Position numbers and translations under genes: made by a program. Of a stretch of 64,000 bases of DNA, positions 28,001-45,125 are shown in pieces. This DNA is from Octopus vulgaris (lineage: Eukaryota), in contig OX597825.1 in assembly GCA_951406725.2 (NCBI GenBank), forward strand, positions 66,712,001 to 66,776,000, read 5' to 3'. Every line of letters begins with the position of its first letter. Position 1 is the stretch's first letter. The notes below the pieces were generated by a model, which was given only the letters and a program-made list of their open reading frames with translations, did no database searches and was not told the origin of the DNA.

Positions 28001-28841
28001 TTTCTATTACATGTAAATTGTGATTGGACGTTATCCCAGCACATGTTCCTAATTTAATTTTCTATTGAATATATCATGGATCATCATTCTAATAATGTTT
28101 ATCTTCCATTTATTTCTGTGAATCTTTCGGAATACATGTTTACCATGTTTATTTTCTCTTTAGTCTATTAAGAGCTCCTATTTGCTTATTAATTTTCTGT
28201 TTCGTTCCGTTTTTACTCTTTAATTTTTCTTCCATCACTCCAGTTATCGGCTGTATGCAGAAATGATTAAATATAAAGATATTCCATATTAAAGTTATAA
28301 TAGAGTTATATAAAATTATTTTCAGTTAATTAAAATATTCTGTTTTGAAACAACAACGATAAAAAATAACCTTCCTCTGATAAAAATGTTTGCTGCTGTA
28401 CGATCTTGTGAATCTGTCGCGCACGATAAATGAACACCGCACCACGGTAACTCTACGAATGTGATACGTTAACATTTCTGCTTTCCAGCCAGCAACAGGT
28501 CCTGAAAGACGAACGTTGTTTTAATTGACGATTACTAAAACGTTCTGTTATCTTACACAGTTAATGAGCCCCTGGTAAAGTTGAGAATATCAAACATTTT
28601 CCCAACCTTTAAAATATTTAGTCTTTATGTGTATTTACAAAGACACGAATGTTACCGATATAATGTTATCCATCTTCATACGTTATTTAAGTTGTAAAAA
28701 CCAAAATGTAAAATATTTCAATTCTATATTCAAGAAATAAGGAATTATGTACCTTATTTACATTTGACAAATATTTGTCCTCATCTTGTTTGTTTTTAAC
28801 GAAAGATTTAAGATAAAAAACAATAAAATAAGAACAGTAAT

Positions 28842-29220
28842 AGGCGCAGGAGTGGCTGTGTGGTAAGTAGCTTGTTTACCAACCGCATGGTTCCGGGTTC
28901 AGTCCCACTGCGTGGCACCTTGGGCAGGTGTCTTCTACTATAGCCTCGGGCCGACCAAAGCCTTGTGAGTGGATTTGGTAGACGGAAACTGGAAGAAGCC
29001 CGTCGTATATATGTATATATATATGCGTGTGTGTGTTTGTGTGTCTGTGTTTGTGTGTCTGCTGGTGTGTTTATGTTCCCGTTACTTAGCGGTTCGGCAA
29101 AAGAGACCGATAGAATAAGTACTGGGCTTACAAAAGAATAAGTCCTGGGGTCGAGTTGCTCGATTAAAGGCGGTGCTCCAGCATGGCCGCAGTCAAATGA
29201 CTGAAACAAGTAAAAAAAGA
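28842..29220 (+). mobile_element. Family A SINE with a small internal deletion
   Basis: AGGCGCAGGAGTGGCTGTGTGG...GAAACAAGTAAAAAAAG. Confidence 0.9.
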
Positions 29221-29233
29221 AAAAAAGAAAAAA

Positions 29234-29417
29234 AGTAATAAAGCTAAAGTGAAGAATGAATATTATTTACATTATTTACATTTAACGGATATTTGTCCTC
29301 ATCTTGTTTGTTGTTAACACGTTTCGGCTGATATACACTCCAGTCTTCATCAGGTGTCTTAGGGAAATTTCGAATCTGGGTTCTCATTCCTAAGGCATTT
29401 TTTCGATGCTGTTGTTG

Positions 29418-29504
<87 letters not shown>

Positions 29505-29731
29505 TCACTGCCTGGAATCGAACTCGGAATCTTGGGGTTAGTTGCCCGCGCAATCATGTGTATGTGACATGCATTCATTAACCACAACTACAAGGCATAT
29601 AAATACACACACACACACACATATCACATACAATTACTAACTGTGCATATGCACCCCATACTGATAATATGCCCGAAACGTGTTAACGACAAACAAAATG
29701 AGGACAAATATCTGTCAAATGTTAATAATGT
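29234..29731 (-). mobile_element. Family D SINE (tRNA head, (AAT)n, HHR, tail) at 29234-29551 with an inverted tail copy at 29673-29731
   Basis: Minus GCGCGGGCAACTAACCCCAAGATTCCGAGTTCGATTCCAGG-(AAT)n-...GACACCTGATGAAGACTG...CAGCCGAAACGTGTTAAC; plus-strand CCGAAACGTGTTAAC... at 29673. Confidence 0.85.
29316..29358 (-). ncRNA. Minimal hammerhead motif (family D copy, stem III shortened)
   Basis: GACAC-CTGATGA-A-GACTG...CAGCC-GAAAC-GTGTT; lacks 3 nt relative to the 255-300 copy. Confidence 0.5.
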
Positions 29732-30601
29732 GTAAGATATTTACTTAGATGTTTCTCACATGGAATGCAATTTTCGTCATATAACCCGTCGACATTAGAT
29801 TTACATCACTAAGTATTAGTTGTTACCTAAGCACTACGTTTATTCTCCTGATTGTATGGTTACATAAACTGTGAGCGTTAAAGAAAACTATTCACGTTTT
29901 AAATCCTAGAGCGAACATAGAACGAAACCAAAATGAAATGGTAGTCGTTAGATTCCTGTATATTGAATGGTAAAACCTGCATATCGATGGAGACGGAGAA
30001 ATAAAATAGAAGTCGTTCTGTTTCGCGAACAATGTAATGAATGTGGCTTGTTTTTGTTGTTTGTTTTTCAACGTATGTCTATATATACAGACAGAAGAAA
30101 TATAGTTCGCCGAGTTAATCTTCCATTAGAAATATTTCAATGTATGTTTGGAAAGGATTGCTGTGTGTTATTCAGCAATGAAGATTGTGACTGCAGAGCT
30201 AGAAAATTGGTATTTACATATATCATTTGATTGGGAGATCAAATACGCAAGCTAAAGGCAAAGCCATATAATAAGATCAATATGTCAAAAGAATATGTCC
30301 GCTTCAGATAATATTCGCAATTTTCCTTCGAGAATTCAGAAATATTCTGCCAACCAACTGGACTGTTATTGGCTAATCAACTATCATAATATCCTTCTCA
30401 CAATACACACAGTACTCATATAAGTATTTAAAGTGATATCGGCATTTTAATATAAAACCGACACCTGCATTCTGGGCTTGCTCATCTCAGCAGTAGAAAA
30501 ATGTATTCACACTTTGTAATGGCTGCCATATTGTAAACATATCGCCAGTGTCTCTTGATTGGGGAATAAATCTTTGTGTAAAGTGACTACTACTGCTGCT
30601 G

Positions 30602-30661
<60 letters not shown>

Positions 30662-31341
30662 AACGCGATGTCGGGTACTTCGACAGTTGCGACAATAAAA
30701 ATTCAGTTGTTTTTCTTTTCTCCCTCAAATAAAATGTTCATCCTTAAAGAAACGTGTGCCAGAGTCTCCGACAGTCGTATATACAATTGCTGTAATTCCC
30801 CAGCAGTATCAGCAGAGCATAATGGTATGTGACAAGGCCGGAACTTCGAATTATCCGACCGGATTTCACATAGTTTGCATCTATTTAATTTCATTCACTT
30901 TTTGACACACAGATACACACGTCAGAATATATATAGAGGCATACAGAAGTATCCGCAAGCGAATACTACCCGGTAGTTTGTAACGCGTTGTTTCTCATTG
31001 TTTAAACGCTTAAGAAGTCATGAGCAGAAATCGACTGCCTCTTGGCTATTGTACCTTTAAACCAGTAAAAACACCGAGAGTAAATCAGGTGGCGAGTGAA
31101 CCAGGCGGAGAGGCACTTTTGCTTATACTAATTTATAGTTGAGTAGGTTAGAAAATAATGAGATGATGTGCCTTGCTCGAAGTCATAACGCGCAACCCAG
31201 TTCAAGAATCGAACCCATGATCTTATAAATGTGAGCTGAACACTATAATCACCAAACCACGGAACTTTAAACGGAATTATACACACTCGCATACTTATAT
31301 ATATATATATATTGGAAGGTTTGGAGATGATGTACAGGTAT

Positions 31342-33970
<2,629 letters not shown>

Positions 33971-34285
33971 AAGAGGAATTTAGATTATCCCCACGTGGTG
34001 AGTTGTAATGTATATAAGAAATTAAAAAAGGAAAATACGCACACTTACATAGTTTTAATGTAATTTTTAATATATCGACCGGTTTCGCTATCGCTATTTA
34101 TAATATTATGTTTTACTTATTTGAATATATATTTATTCTTAGGAAGAAATTTTGTCCATGTTGTGTGTGATGAAATTCACTACCCGGTCATGAAATCGAA
34201 CTCACAACCACACGATTGTCGGCCCGACACCTTTACATATATGGTTATGTATATACTGTGGATGGATGTGAGAATGAATGGACGG

Positions 34286-34355
<70 letters not shown>

Positions 34356-35064
34356 ATCTGCGTGTTCGAGGATGAATGCATGCTTCATTAAGATACCTGC
34401 TGTCATCGACGCAAGTATGATTTCAAAAATAAGATTTAACTAAATTGAATGTGAAGCCTTTTATATTCTCTCGTCACATGCTTGATTAATATAACAATGT
34501 ACAGGAATAAAAGATATCTACTGAGACTTGGTCATTCGTGTCGAGTTTAAATAAACGTTAGGTTAGTGTGGTACTGAGCAATCAGTTTGAACACTGAAAC
34601 ATATCCACTCATGGGTTCGTTTTTCTAGCCTAGTTTATAGCGCGTAAATGTTGTATTATATGTATAATATAGTATAAATGTTGTATTTTCCCCCTACATG
34701 GCCTTGCTTTTTGCTTTTTGAGCCAAAAAATTAACTTAACTTAACTTAACTATTGGCATTTGATTGCTTATTCGGTTTTTAAAGTTACTTAGAATTTAAA
34801 ATTTCTTTGTCTAAACGCATTCATAGTATTTTAAATTTTAAATGTTTATTGATTGCCTGTGAGCAATTTCTTATCTTATCAATATACTTATCTTTACTTT
34901 TATCTGTTACATGTTTTAGTTCAGGCCTGCTGGGGGCACCGTTTCGGAAGGTATTAATCGAACAAACTAACCCCCATACTTTTTTTAAAAGCCTGGTATA
35001 TATTCTATCGATCTAATTTTTGCCAAACCGTTGTAACTATAAACACACACATACATCCCACATA

Positions 35065-35301
35065 CTACTATGTTAAACTGTCGTATGTCCAAATTTGGCC
35101 AAATGCGTTCTTTTCGATATTTATTTTTGCTTACAATAGCAAGTTCTTTTGGTCAAACTATCGTATCTCCAGCTATTTCAGATGCCAAGATAGCAAAAAT
35201 TGTCTAAGTGCGGTACAACGGTTTTGCTATGGAATGGTGAAACTATTTTTTCGTTTTGTGAAAAAACAACGTTTTGGAGTTACGACACTTTTGCATAATA
35301 G
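35065..35301. mobile_element. Small MITE with ~29-bp imperfect TIRs
   Basis: CTACTATGTTAAACTGTCGTATGTCCAAA versus the reverse complement CTATTATGCAAAAGTGTCGTAACTCCAAA. Confidence 0.6.
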
Positions 35302-35377
35302 CAACGATACATAGCTACACACACATCCCACATACATATAAACAAATACACACACACACACGCACACTCATACACAC

Positions 35378-35540
35378 ATACGACGGGCTTCCTTTCAGTT
35401 TTCGTCTACGAGATCTACTCACAAGGATTTGGTTGGCCCAGGGTTACAGTAGGAGAAAGTTGCACAAATTGCCATGCAGTGAGACTGAACCCGGGACCAT
35501 GTGGTTAAGAGGCAAGCTTCTTACCATACGCCTGCGCCTA
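35378..35540 (-). mobile_element. Family A SINE 5' part, diverged
   Basis: ACGACGGGCTTC.TTCAGTTT...GACTGAACCCGG.ACCATGTGG...CCTGCGCCT. Confidence 0.7.
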
Positions 35541-36072
35541 TATTAGCATCCGTTCATAAACTTTTAGTTTATCGTTATTTTTTAATGAATACTTCGGCGT
35601 CTTTAATTAACTATTTATGACTCTTTATTTGTAATTTATGTGAGTGTGCAATTATTCCGATATCGTGCTTTGTCACGTCTGGCATCTACGAATTCGATCT
35701 CTCCAAAGTGTCGTAGATGTTTGATAAATATAGCATTTGTTTTGGCGATGTTCCCAACGAATGTCATTTCATATGTTTTATTAGTGAACGACTCTATTCT
35801 CAACTACACTCCCTGTAGGATTCATGTAGTGCACAAAATTGGTTTTAATTTTGCATGCATGTAATTCAGACTAGTGATTATATCTGGCTTATTTTTTTAA
35901 AGAATATAGTTATAATTTATTTAATGTGTATAGTGAAGAAAGTAAAACGATATTTTTTTTTTGCATAAGGTTAGCTTTGTGCTATTTGAAGGTCCACAAA
36001 AGAAAGATTACTGATAATAGTGGTTTGATTTGACACACAGGATAGGTCAATAAAAGTCAGAATTAGTTGTAT

Positions 36073-36490
36073 TACTCTCTCTACTCTCTTACTTGTTTCA
36101 GTCATTTGACTGCGGCCATGCTGGAGCACCGCCTTTAATCGAACAACTCGACACCGGGACTTATTCTTTTGTAAGCCCAGTACTTATTCTATCGGTCTGT
36201 TTTGCCGAACCGCTAAGTAACGGGGACATAAACACAACAGCATCGGTTGTCAAGCAATGCTAGGGGGACAAACACAGACACACAAACACACACACGCATA
36301 TATATATACATATATATGACGGGCTTCTTTCAGCTTCTTTCAGTTTCTGTCTACCAAATCCACTCACAAGGCTTTTGTCGGCCCGAGGCTATAGTAGAAG
36401 ACACTTGCCCAAGGTGCCACGCAGTGGGACTGAAGCCGGAACCATGTGGTTGGTAAACAAGCTACTTACCACACAGCCGCTCCTGCGCCT
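36073..36490 (-). mobile_element. Family A SINE, full length
   Basis: Reverse-complement homology end to end. Confidence 0.9.
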
Positions 36491-36522
36491 ATTAGTTTGA
36501 TGCTCCAGAAAAATGGAAGTGG

Positions 36523-36556
36523 CTTTGACGTTTCGAGCCTGAGCTCTTCTACAAAA
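36523..36556 (-). ncRNA. Degenerate hammerhead-like motif (A6U family)
   Basis: Minus TTGTAGA-A-GAG-CTCAGG-CTC-GAAACGTC-AAAG; related to 45735-45774 and 41451-41487. Confidence 0.35.
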
Positions 36557-36916
36557 ATGAACGACGAGAGAAAATGGATAGAGAGAGGAAAAAAATACGG
36601 AGAGGAAAAACAGAAAAAGTGTCCGGATTAACTGTTGTACATGTTAAATTAACTGCTTTTTGTGCTCTCTTAGTCTGTTTTCTCTCCTCATTCCATTTTA
36701 TACAAGAGCGTAGAGTCCTTAGCGTCAAACTAATACACCTGGATTGTTGACACTTGCCTTCCTCTATCTTCTATTACACACACAAACACACACACATGTG
36801 GGTATGCCATTATTTAGCTTTATATATCCAGATTTCTTGCCAATAGAGAAAGAGGCAATTACAAACCCAGATCAAAGGCTTTTTCACTGGAATTTCAAAA
36901 TCAGCAGGGTGATTTA

Positions 36917-37360
36917 TACGTATGTATGTATGTATGTATGATTGTATGTATTTATGTATGTATGTATGTATGTATGTATGTATGTATGTATGTATGTATG
37001 TATGTATGTATGTATGTATGTATGTGTGTGTATGTATGTATGTATGCATGTATGCATGTATGTATGTGTGTATGTATGTATGAATGTATGTATGTATGTG
37101 TGTAAGTATGTATGTATGTATGTATGTATGAATGTATGTATGTATGTATGTATGTATGTGTGTGTGTATGTATGTATGAATGTATGTATGTGTGTATGTA
37201 TGTATGTATGTATGTATGTATGTATGTATGTATGTATGTATGCGTGTGTGTGTGTGTATGTATGTATGAATGTATGTATGAATGTATGTATGTATGTATG
37301 AATGTATGTATGTATGTATGTATGTATGTATGTATGTATGTATGAATGTATGTATGTATA
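36917..37360. repeat. (TATG)n microsatellite
   Basis: Direct reading. Confidence 0.97.
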
Positions 37361-37484
37361 TGTACTGATTTGCTCTGCCTGAGATTTGGTTGTGCTCCCT
37401 TACAGTGCCCCATTTTGAGGCGCATATGTATGTATATATGTGTGTGTGTGTAGAGAGAGAGAGAGAAAAGGAGAGACAGACAAC

Positions 37485-37516
<32 letters not shown>

Positions 37517-37578
37517 GCAAGAAAGAGAGAGAGAAAAAAGCTGTTTTTGTATATGGTGAATAGTATCATAACACATCT

Positions 37579-37622
<44 letters not shown>

Positions 37623-38128
37623 TGTTTGTGTGCGTGCGTGCGTGTGTGCATGTGTGTGTGTGCAGATAAATACTTACAGAATAATGAAATATTGAATAGG
37701 AAAAGACAGCTCCAGAGAAATTCATTGATTACTTATTGAACAATGAGTCTCTGCCGGATTTTCTAAAACAAAAAAAAAAAACTTATTGGAATTTGTATTC
37801 AATAAAACAATGAAAACCGAAGTGATTATTTGTTGTTTTTTCTTTCGTTTTAAATTTCATAAAATAATTTTGAAACGCTCTATAAATGTATGTATGTATG
37901 TATGTATGTATGTATGTATGTATGAATGGACATACTTACACGCATGCAAGCACTCAGAGTCACAAATACATACACTGACACACAGGCGCGGAAACACTCA
38001 CACTCAACCGCATATATTTTAGTATTGGAGTATATATAACTATTTAGAAAACCATTATGAGACGCAATATGTGTGTACATACATATACACACACATACAT
38101 ATACATACACATGTATAGATATATATAT

Positions 38129-38358
38129 ATTTCTTTACTACCCACAAGGGGCTAAACATAGAGGGGACAAACAAGGACAGACAAAGGGATTAAGTCGATT
38201 ATATCGACCCAGTGCGAAACAGGTACTTTATTTATCGACCCCGAGAGGATGAAAGGCAAAGTTGACCCCGGCAGAATTTGAACTCAGAACTTAACGACAG
38301 ACGAAATACCGCTAAGCATTTCGTCCGGCGCGCTAATGTTTCTGCCAGCTCGCCGCCT
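38129..38358 (-). mobile_element. Family B SINE (tail type 1)
   Basis: Minus GGCGGCGAGCTGGCAGAAAC...GAGTTCAAATTC...CCCTTGTGGGTAGTAAAGAAA. Confidence 0.9.
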
Positions 38359-38670
38359 TACGTATAGATATATATATATATCTGCTTATATGTGTATATG
38401 TATGTATGTACGTACGTAAGTATATATGTATATTTGTATGCATGTTTGTATGTATGTATATTTGTATGTATGTATATGTTTGTATGTATGTGTATGGCAA
38501 TATTTGGTAACTGATGACCATGTCTAAGATACCCTCAATTTTGGGATAGCCATGTGCGCAATGCACTAATTATTGATCATTTCAAATTGGCCACCCGAAC
38601 ATACATTCACAGACACACCTTATATATCCGGTTCGATCGATCAACGACATGTTCTGGTAATAACAATAAT

Positions 38671-39390
38671 TTAAAATGAGTATTGTTGCACAACGGAAAT
38701 GCATATGACTCTGCCCACTCGGCCATTCAACAACTCTGAAGGAAAAATAGGAAGAAATTAAGTTGATTTTAGAGAAGATACTGTATCATGATCATAAATG
38801 GTTTCTCTCTGTTGATTTAAAGATGGTGAGTTTTCTCATGTAACAGCAATCTAGTTATACCTAATACTCATGCATTCTTTGCATGTGGGACAGTAGAGAC
38901 CGAGTAAACCACTATATTAAGAAAGACTGGATGTCTCGAAAAGCGGCGAGCTGGCAGAAACGTTAGCACGCCGAGTGAAATGCTTAGCGGTATTTCGTCT
39001 GCAGTTACGTTCTGAGTTCAAATTCCACCGAGGTCGACTTTGCCTTTCATCCTTTCGGGGTCGATGAGTTAAGTACCAGTTATGCACTGGGGTCGATGTA
39101 ATCGACTTAATCCCTTTGTCTGTCCTTGTTTGTCCCCTCTGTGTTTAGCCCCTTGTGGGTAATAAAGAAATTAGAAAGACTGTCACCACGTACAGCTGCC
39201 AATATATTGGAAAAACTTTTAGTTGAACGAGATAATATTATTTTCCCCCCTTTGCACATCAAACTCGGGTTGATCAAGCAATTCGTCAAAGCTCTTGACA
39301 AAAATGGGGAGTGCTTCAAGTATATCTGCAGTGTAGTTCCATACTTGACGATTGAAAAAATTAAAGCAGAGGATTTTTGATGGACCACAG
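38671..39390 (+). pseudogene. Chapaev3-like (CMC superfamily) transposase relic, interrupted by a SINE
   Basis: LK*VLLHNGN...GHSTTLKEK...HKWFLSVDLKMV...CILCMWDSRDRVNHYIKKDW...IFPPLHIKLGLIKQFVKALDKNGECFKYI...IFDGPQ. The superfamily is assigned from motif recall. Confidence 0.75.
38942..39172 (+). mobile_element. Family B SINE (tail type 1) inserted in the transposase relic
   Basis: Splits KKDWMSR from ERLSP. Confidence 0.9.
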
Positions 39391-39431
39391 CATAGCCGCA
39401 GCCAAATGACTAAAACAAGTAAAAGAGTAAA

Positions 39432-39479
<48 letters not shown>

Positions 39480-40034
39480 CACACAAAAACACAAACATAC
39501 AAACACACACTCAAACATTTTATCATCCTCTACACGAGAAAACTTCAGCTTTAGTTAGGCACCTATACACATGCACATAAATTCCCATTGTTAGTTAAAC
39601 ACACAAACACACATATATACACACACATACACAGAAGCACACACACACAGAAGAACGCACAAACACACTCAGCCACAGGTGCGCTCACATATCACATATG
39701 CACGCTCATCTTCATGTAATGCAATATACTTAAGTTATTTCTGTATTCCACAACCAAAATCCTCGTCGTAATCATTTTATATGCTAAACCCTTTTAGATG
39801 TAAGTACTATTTCAAGTCGTTTCTGGCGATCGAGGCATGAGTAGTCAGCATGGGTTTCCTTCCTCGTAAAGAGGTCAGCTCGTCAGTTACTTGGAGACTT
39901 GGCTATTGTTATAATGTTATATATGATATATGATACATTATTATCGTTCACTGATGCAGTTCGATATCGATCGATAATTCATTATAATCTAAATGAAATA
40001 CAAATCACACACACACACACATCATATATATATG

Positions 40035-40084
<50 letters not shown>

Positions 40085-40104
40085 TGCATAAATATGTGTA
40101 TATT

Positions 40105-40149
<45 letters not shown>

Positions 40150-40312
40150 GTATATATATATGTTGTATTTAGGAATGGTCATTTTGCCAGTTTAGCCAAT
40201 AAAAAATCCTGCACAACAAATATTTAAACGTATATATATATGTATATATATATGTATATATATATATATATATATGTATGTATATAAATATGTATGTTTA
40301 TGTATTTATATA

Positions 40313-40373
<61 letters not shown>

Positions 40374-41450
40374 GTATGTGTGTGTATCTGTGTATTTGTG
40401 TGTAATAACACACACAAACACACACACGCACACATGATTTATTTATGAATTTAATTTGGATAAATAACTTAAATTATGAGAAATAGTGGAACGGACGAAG
40501 GTTAACATATAAATGATTTACATATTCCAAAGAATATTGATTCCTACAAAAGTCATACGAAGTATATAACTTCATATAATATAATAGAAACTTGAAGATG
40601 AGATGACTTGCCAAATATATACATGTTTAATACATGAGAACAAAGTGTCTAGAAAGTTACAAGACTATCTTTGTAAGTATCTGCAAATATTAACAATTAC
40701 AGACGTTGTATGTGTGTGTAATTGTTCTAGCGTCATACCCGTCTGTACCCAGCATACATGACTGATAACAATTTGACCGTGACCACCTTGTTTCTTCTGG
40801 CAGAGATTATCCCAGACTACCTTTTTGATTGTCTTGCATTGTTTAAATACGGTCGAATAAGATTTGAGGGAGATTTGGCTGCTATATCTAGCGGTTTTGA
40901 CGACCATGTAGTGAGTCCGTTACAGGGCCTTTGTGGTATTAGCCATTTGGCTGAAAATAGCAACCGATTGTTTTACTCTTTCCTTTTCGTTTTGCTTGTT
41001 TACGTCATTGGACTGCGGCCATGCTGGTGTATCGCCTCGATGGATCTAGTCGAACAAATTGACCCTGATACTTGTTTCCAAATCTGGTACTTATTTTATC
41101 AGTGTCAATTGCGGATGCGCTAGTTTACAGGTAATGTGAACAAATCAATAGCGGTTGTTAAGCAGTGGAGGAAGGACAAACAAAACACAAACAAAAAGAC
41201 ACACGAAAGGAAACACACGCACATTTGCTGGCCACTTTCTACCTCTTCTAAAGAGTATTTACCCGATTTTCTAAGCTGTCATCACAGCCATCCTGCGTTC
41301 GAGAATTCCTTTATTTTCTCTGTATCTCCCTCCCTCTCTGTCTCTGCCTATATATATATATATATAAACACAAAGAGAAAACACAACAATGCGAGGAACT
41401 GGAACAAGTATAGTGTTATTGGACGCTCAGGAATGGAAAGAAAGAAGAAG

Positions 41451-41487
41451 TGTTTAACGTTTCGGGCGGAGCTCTTCGTCAGAAACA
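41451..41487 (-). ncRNA. Minimal type-I hammerhead motif
   Basis: Minus TGTTT-CTGACGA-A-GAGC-TCC-GCCC-GAAACGTT-AAACA; 5-bp stem I, palindromic AACGTT, one mismatch in stem II. Confidence 0.6.
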
Positions 41488-41586
41488 TAGAAAAAGGAAA
41501 GATCTAAGGAAGAGAAGACGGAGTTAAAAAAATTGTCAACGATACACACGCAGTCACATATTCACTCACTACTAAATTCACTCACA

Positions 41587-41895
41587 AGACCGAGTAAACC
41601 ACTATGTTAAGAAAGACTGGCCGCTTTGAACAAATATGTCACCATATAGAGCTGCCAATATATAGGAAGAATTTTTAGTTGAACGCGATAAGATCATTTC
41701 CCCACTTTGCACATCAAACTCGGGTTGACCAAGCAATTCATCAAAGCTCTTGACGATAATGGGGAGTGCTTCAAGTATGTCTGAAGTATATGTCCATACT
41801 TGACGATTGAAATGCTTAACGCAGAGGATTTTTGATGGACCACAGATCCGCAAGCTCTTGAAGGACACAAATTACGTGAAAACGATGAGGAAAAA
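41587..41895 (+). pseudogene. Second Chapaev3-like transposase fragment
   Basis: DRVNHYVKKDWP...LHIKLGLTKQFIKALD...IFDGPQIRKLLKD; homologous to 38897-39390 without the SINE. Confidence 0.75.
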
Positions 41896-42339
41896 ATTAA
41901 GCATCAGTTGGTCTAAAACTATAGTAGAAAATACTCAAGTTGCGGCGCAGTGGGACTGAAACCGAAATCACGCGGTGACAAAGTGAGTTTCTTAATCACA
42001 CAGCCATACTCAACACTTTCACAATAAATGAATACATAGACAAATTCTAAAATAGTGAAAGGAAAGTTATAATTTTGATCTGAAGTAGTCTTACAATAAT
42101 CAATACCTTTATGATGTTTGTAAAAAGTCAAATGACAAGTAAATATATAAATATATAAATAAATATTTATTACGTTTTCAAAACATAGAGTTCATACAAT
42201 TAAATTTATTGTTAAAATTTGCATATACCTATTCATTATTCATTGACTTATCAATATATTTATTCATGTGTCCATTCATTATTTTTTTTTATTTATTGGG
42301 TGGCATTCAGTGCTTCGCGATGCTATTAGTAATAATAGT

Positions 42340-42540
42340 TTAAAACTTTAGCGCAAGCACAGCAATTTCTGGTGAGGGTGCAAATCGATTACATCGATCC
42401 CAGTCCTCAACTGGTACTTATTTTATCGATCTTGAAAGGATTAAAGGCAAAGTCAACCTCCACTGAATTTAAACTCAGAACATAAAGACGGTTAAAGCAT
42501 TTTTTCCGACGCGGTAACGGTTCGGCCAGCTCGCAGCCTT
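42340..42540 (-). mobile_element. Family B SINE (tail type 2), diverged
   Basis: CTGGTACTTATTTTATCGA...AAAGGCAAAGTCAACCTC...CCAGCTCGCAGCC. Confidence 0.75.
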
Positions 42541-42570
42541 TATAATAATGATAATAATTAATTTCAAAAA

Positions 42571-42961
<391 letters not shown>

Positions 42962-43799
42962 ACTATCGCTATCTATTGAAATAAATCCCATAAATGGACC
43001 TCCGTCGGTTTCTACGAGAATTATTCATTTCTTTCATCAACTGAACTACTCGCTCATTGAATTAGTGTGATTAAGTATTCCGCAGACATGGGTACTCTTA
43101 CCGTAATTCTTACACAGAATGAACGTGACCCAAAAGCAATGGTAAAAGGCATTTGCCCAACAGGCTACAATGAGGAATCGAAACAAGGACCACGTGATTA
43201 ACAAGTGGACTACTGAACAAGTGTGTTATAATACGTCCCCAAATATCTATTTGATTAGCCAATTAATTAAATGGATAAATGTGTTTAATTCATTCCTTAA
43301 TCATTCACATTCCTATCCGTACATTAATCTGTATTTTCCATCTTCGCTTCCCTTTGACCAAGACAGTCTCCCCGATCACTTGACCTATCAACCTATTGAC
43401 TGGGCCTCATCAATATTCCATCACCTCTTCTTTTTCTGCTTTCTCATCTAAGCTGCTCTACTCTATCGCCTCCATTTTGCAGTCAGCTATCTTACTGCTC
43501 ACTTCTACAATTCATAACCCTCCTCGTTATCTAAACGCTTCCTTATCATAAGCATATATGGATTAGGCTCTGTTTCGTACTGAAACGGACTCTTAAGTAG
43601 CAGGAAATGGAACTATTTTAGTTTTAGTCATTAATTTGAACTACTTTAGTTCTAGTCAGTCATTAATTTTAATAGTGTCAAATTTTGACACAAGGCTACC
43701 AGGTTCGGGGTTGAAGGCAAATCGATTACATCAACCCAGCATTCAACTGGTATTTATTTTATGTTCTGTATAGATATATCTGTATGTATGTTCTATCTG

Positions 43800-43866
43800 G
43801 TATATTCAACTGAAGAAGGCAGAGCATCTCTTATGCAAAGCCAGAAATCCAGGATCTTGAATATAC
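43800..43866 (+). ncRNA. Type-I hammerhead ribozyme motif
   Basis: 10-bp stem I GTATATTCAA/TTGAATATAC; CTGAAGA 43810-43816; A-GGC..GCAT/ATGC..GCC-A; GAAA; stem III ATC-CAG-GAT; ATC triplet. Confidence 0.8.
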
Positions 43867-43871
43867 ATATA

Positions 43872-43948
<77 letters not shown>

Positions 43949-44135
43949 ATGTATATATATATAATACAAATAAGAAAATGGAGAAACAAATTTGGTTTGT
44001 TCATCAACTTACGGATATTATTATAAAGTTGGATTATTTATTCATTTTACAAATGAGAACATCAAAAGCACACAAAAATATTATATAAATCAATAGATAA
44101 GGTAATAATACAAATACAGATTTCGAAAGTCATAG

Positions 44136-44234
<99 letters not shown>

Positions 44235-44807
44235 TTGTGTTCATGTTCCTGCTTCCAAATAGTTTTTTAGCAAAGTGTTGCAAGTACTTTACTTTCAAAT
44301 AAAACATGTATTAATATATTGTGTAGTATGCCAGGGAATAAGTTTCTTGTAATGTATACATATACAGAGTACTCTACGTAAGATATATTGCTAAATTCAT
44401 TGAATAGTGATCTCTTCGATCTTTCGATTAATAACATGGAGTATATATATATCTGTATATCTATATGTAAACATATATTCACGCATCTACGCGTGTGTAC
44501 ACACAACCGGCCATTACACTGAATATACTACCCTTAATCACAAATGTAATTCTGGAAAATGCAAACCTGCAAATCTATAGAGAGTCGCAGAAAACCTAAG
44601 TATCGCGTGTATGCATGAAGGCATATCTGCTTTCGAGTAGGAAGGAAGTTAAAATGAATATTGCTCAAATCTGTCTATATATCAATCAGTCTCTTTCGCT
44701 CTCTCTTTCTCTCTCTCTCTCTCACTCTCACTCTCTCTCTCACTCACTCTCTTTCACTCTCTCTCTCCCCACAGACATTTGTGAGTTTATATACATATAC
44801 ATACATG

Positions 44808-44849
<42 letters not shown>

Positions 44850-44930
44850 AATAAATACATACATATATACATGCATATATATATACACACATATATATGT
44901 AGAAACAGGTGGAAAGCAGCATGCAAGGTA

Positions 44931-44981
<51 letters not shown>

Positions 44982-45076
44982 TACATATATACATACATAC
45001 ATATATATACATATATACATATATACATATATACATACATATATATATATACATATATGTATATATATACATACAC

Positions 45077-45125
<49 letters not shown>

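Noticed and set aside
34070-34110. HHR 3' half GAAACCGGTC on the minus strand (similar GAAACATGTT near 5340)
   Set aside because: The 5' core is missing; at most a relic.
39798-39895. Minus-strand CTGACGA...AGAAAC hammerhead candidate
   Set aside because: Stem III and the cleavage-site register do not fit.
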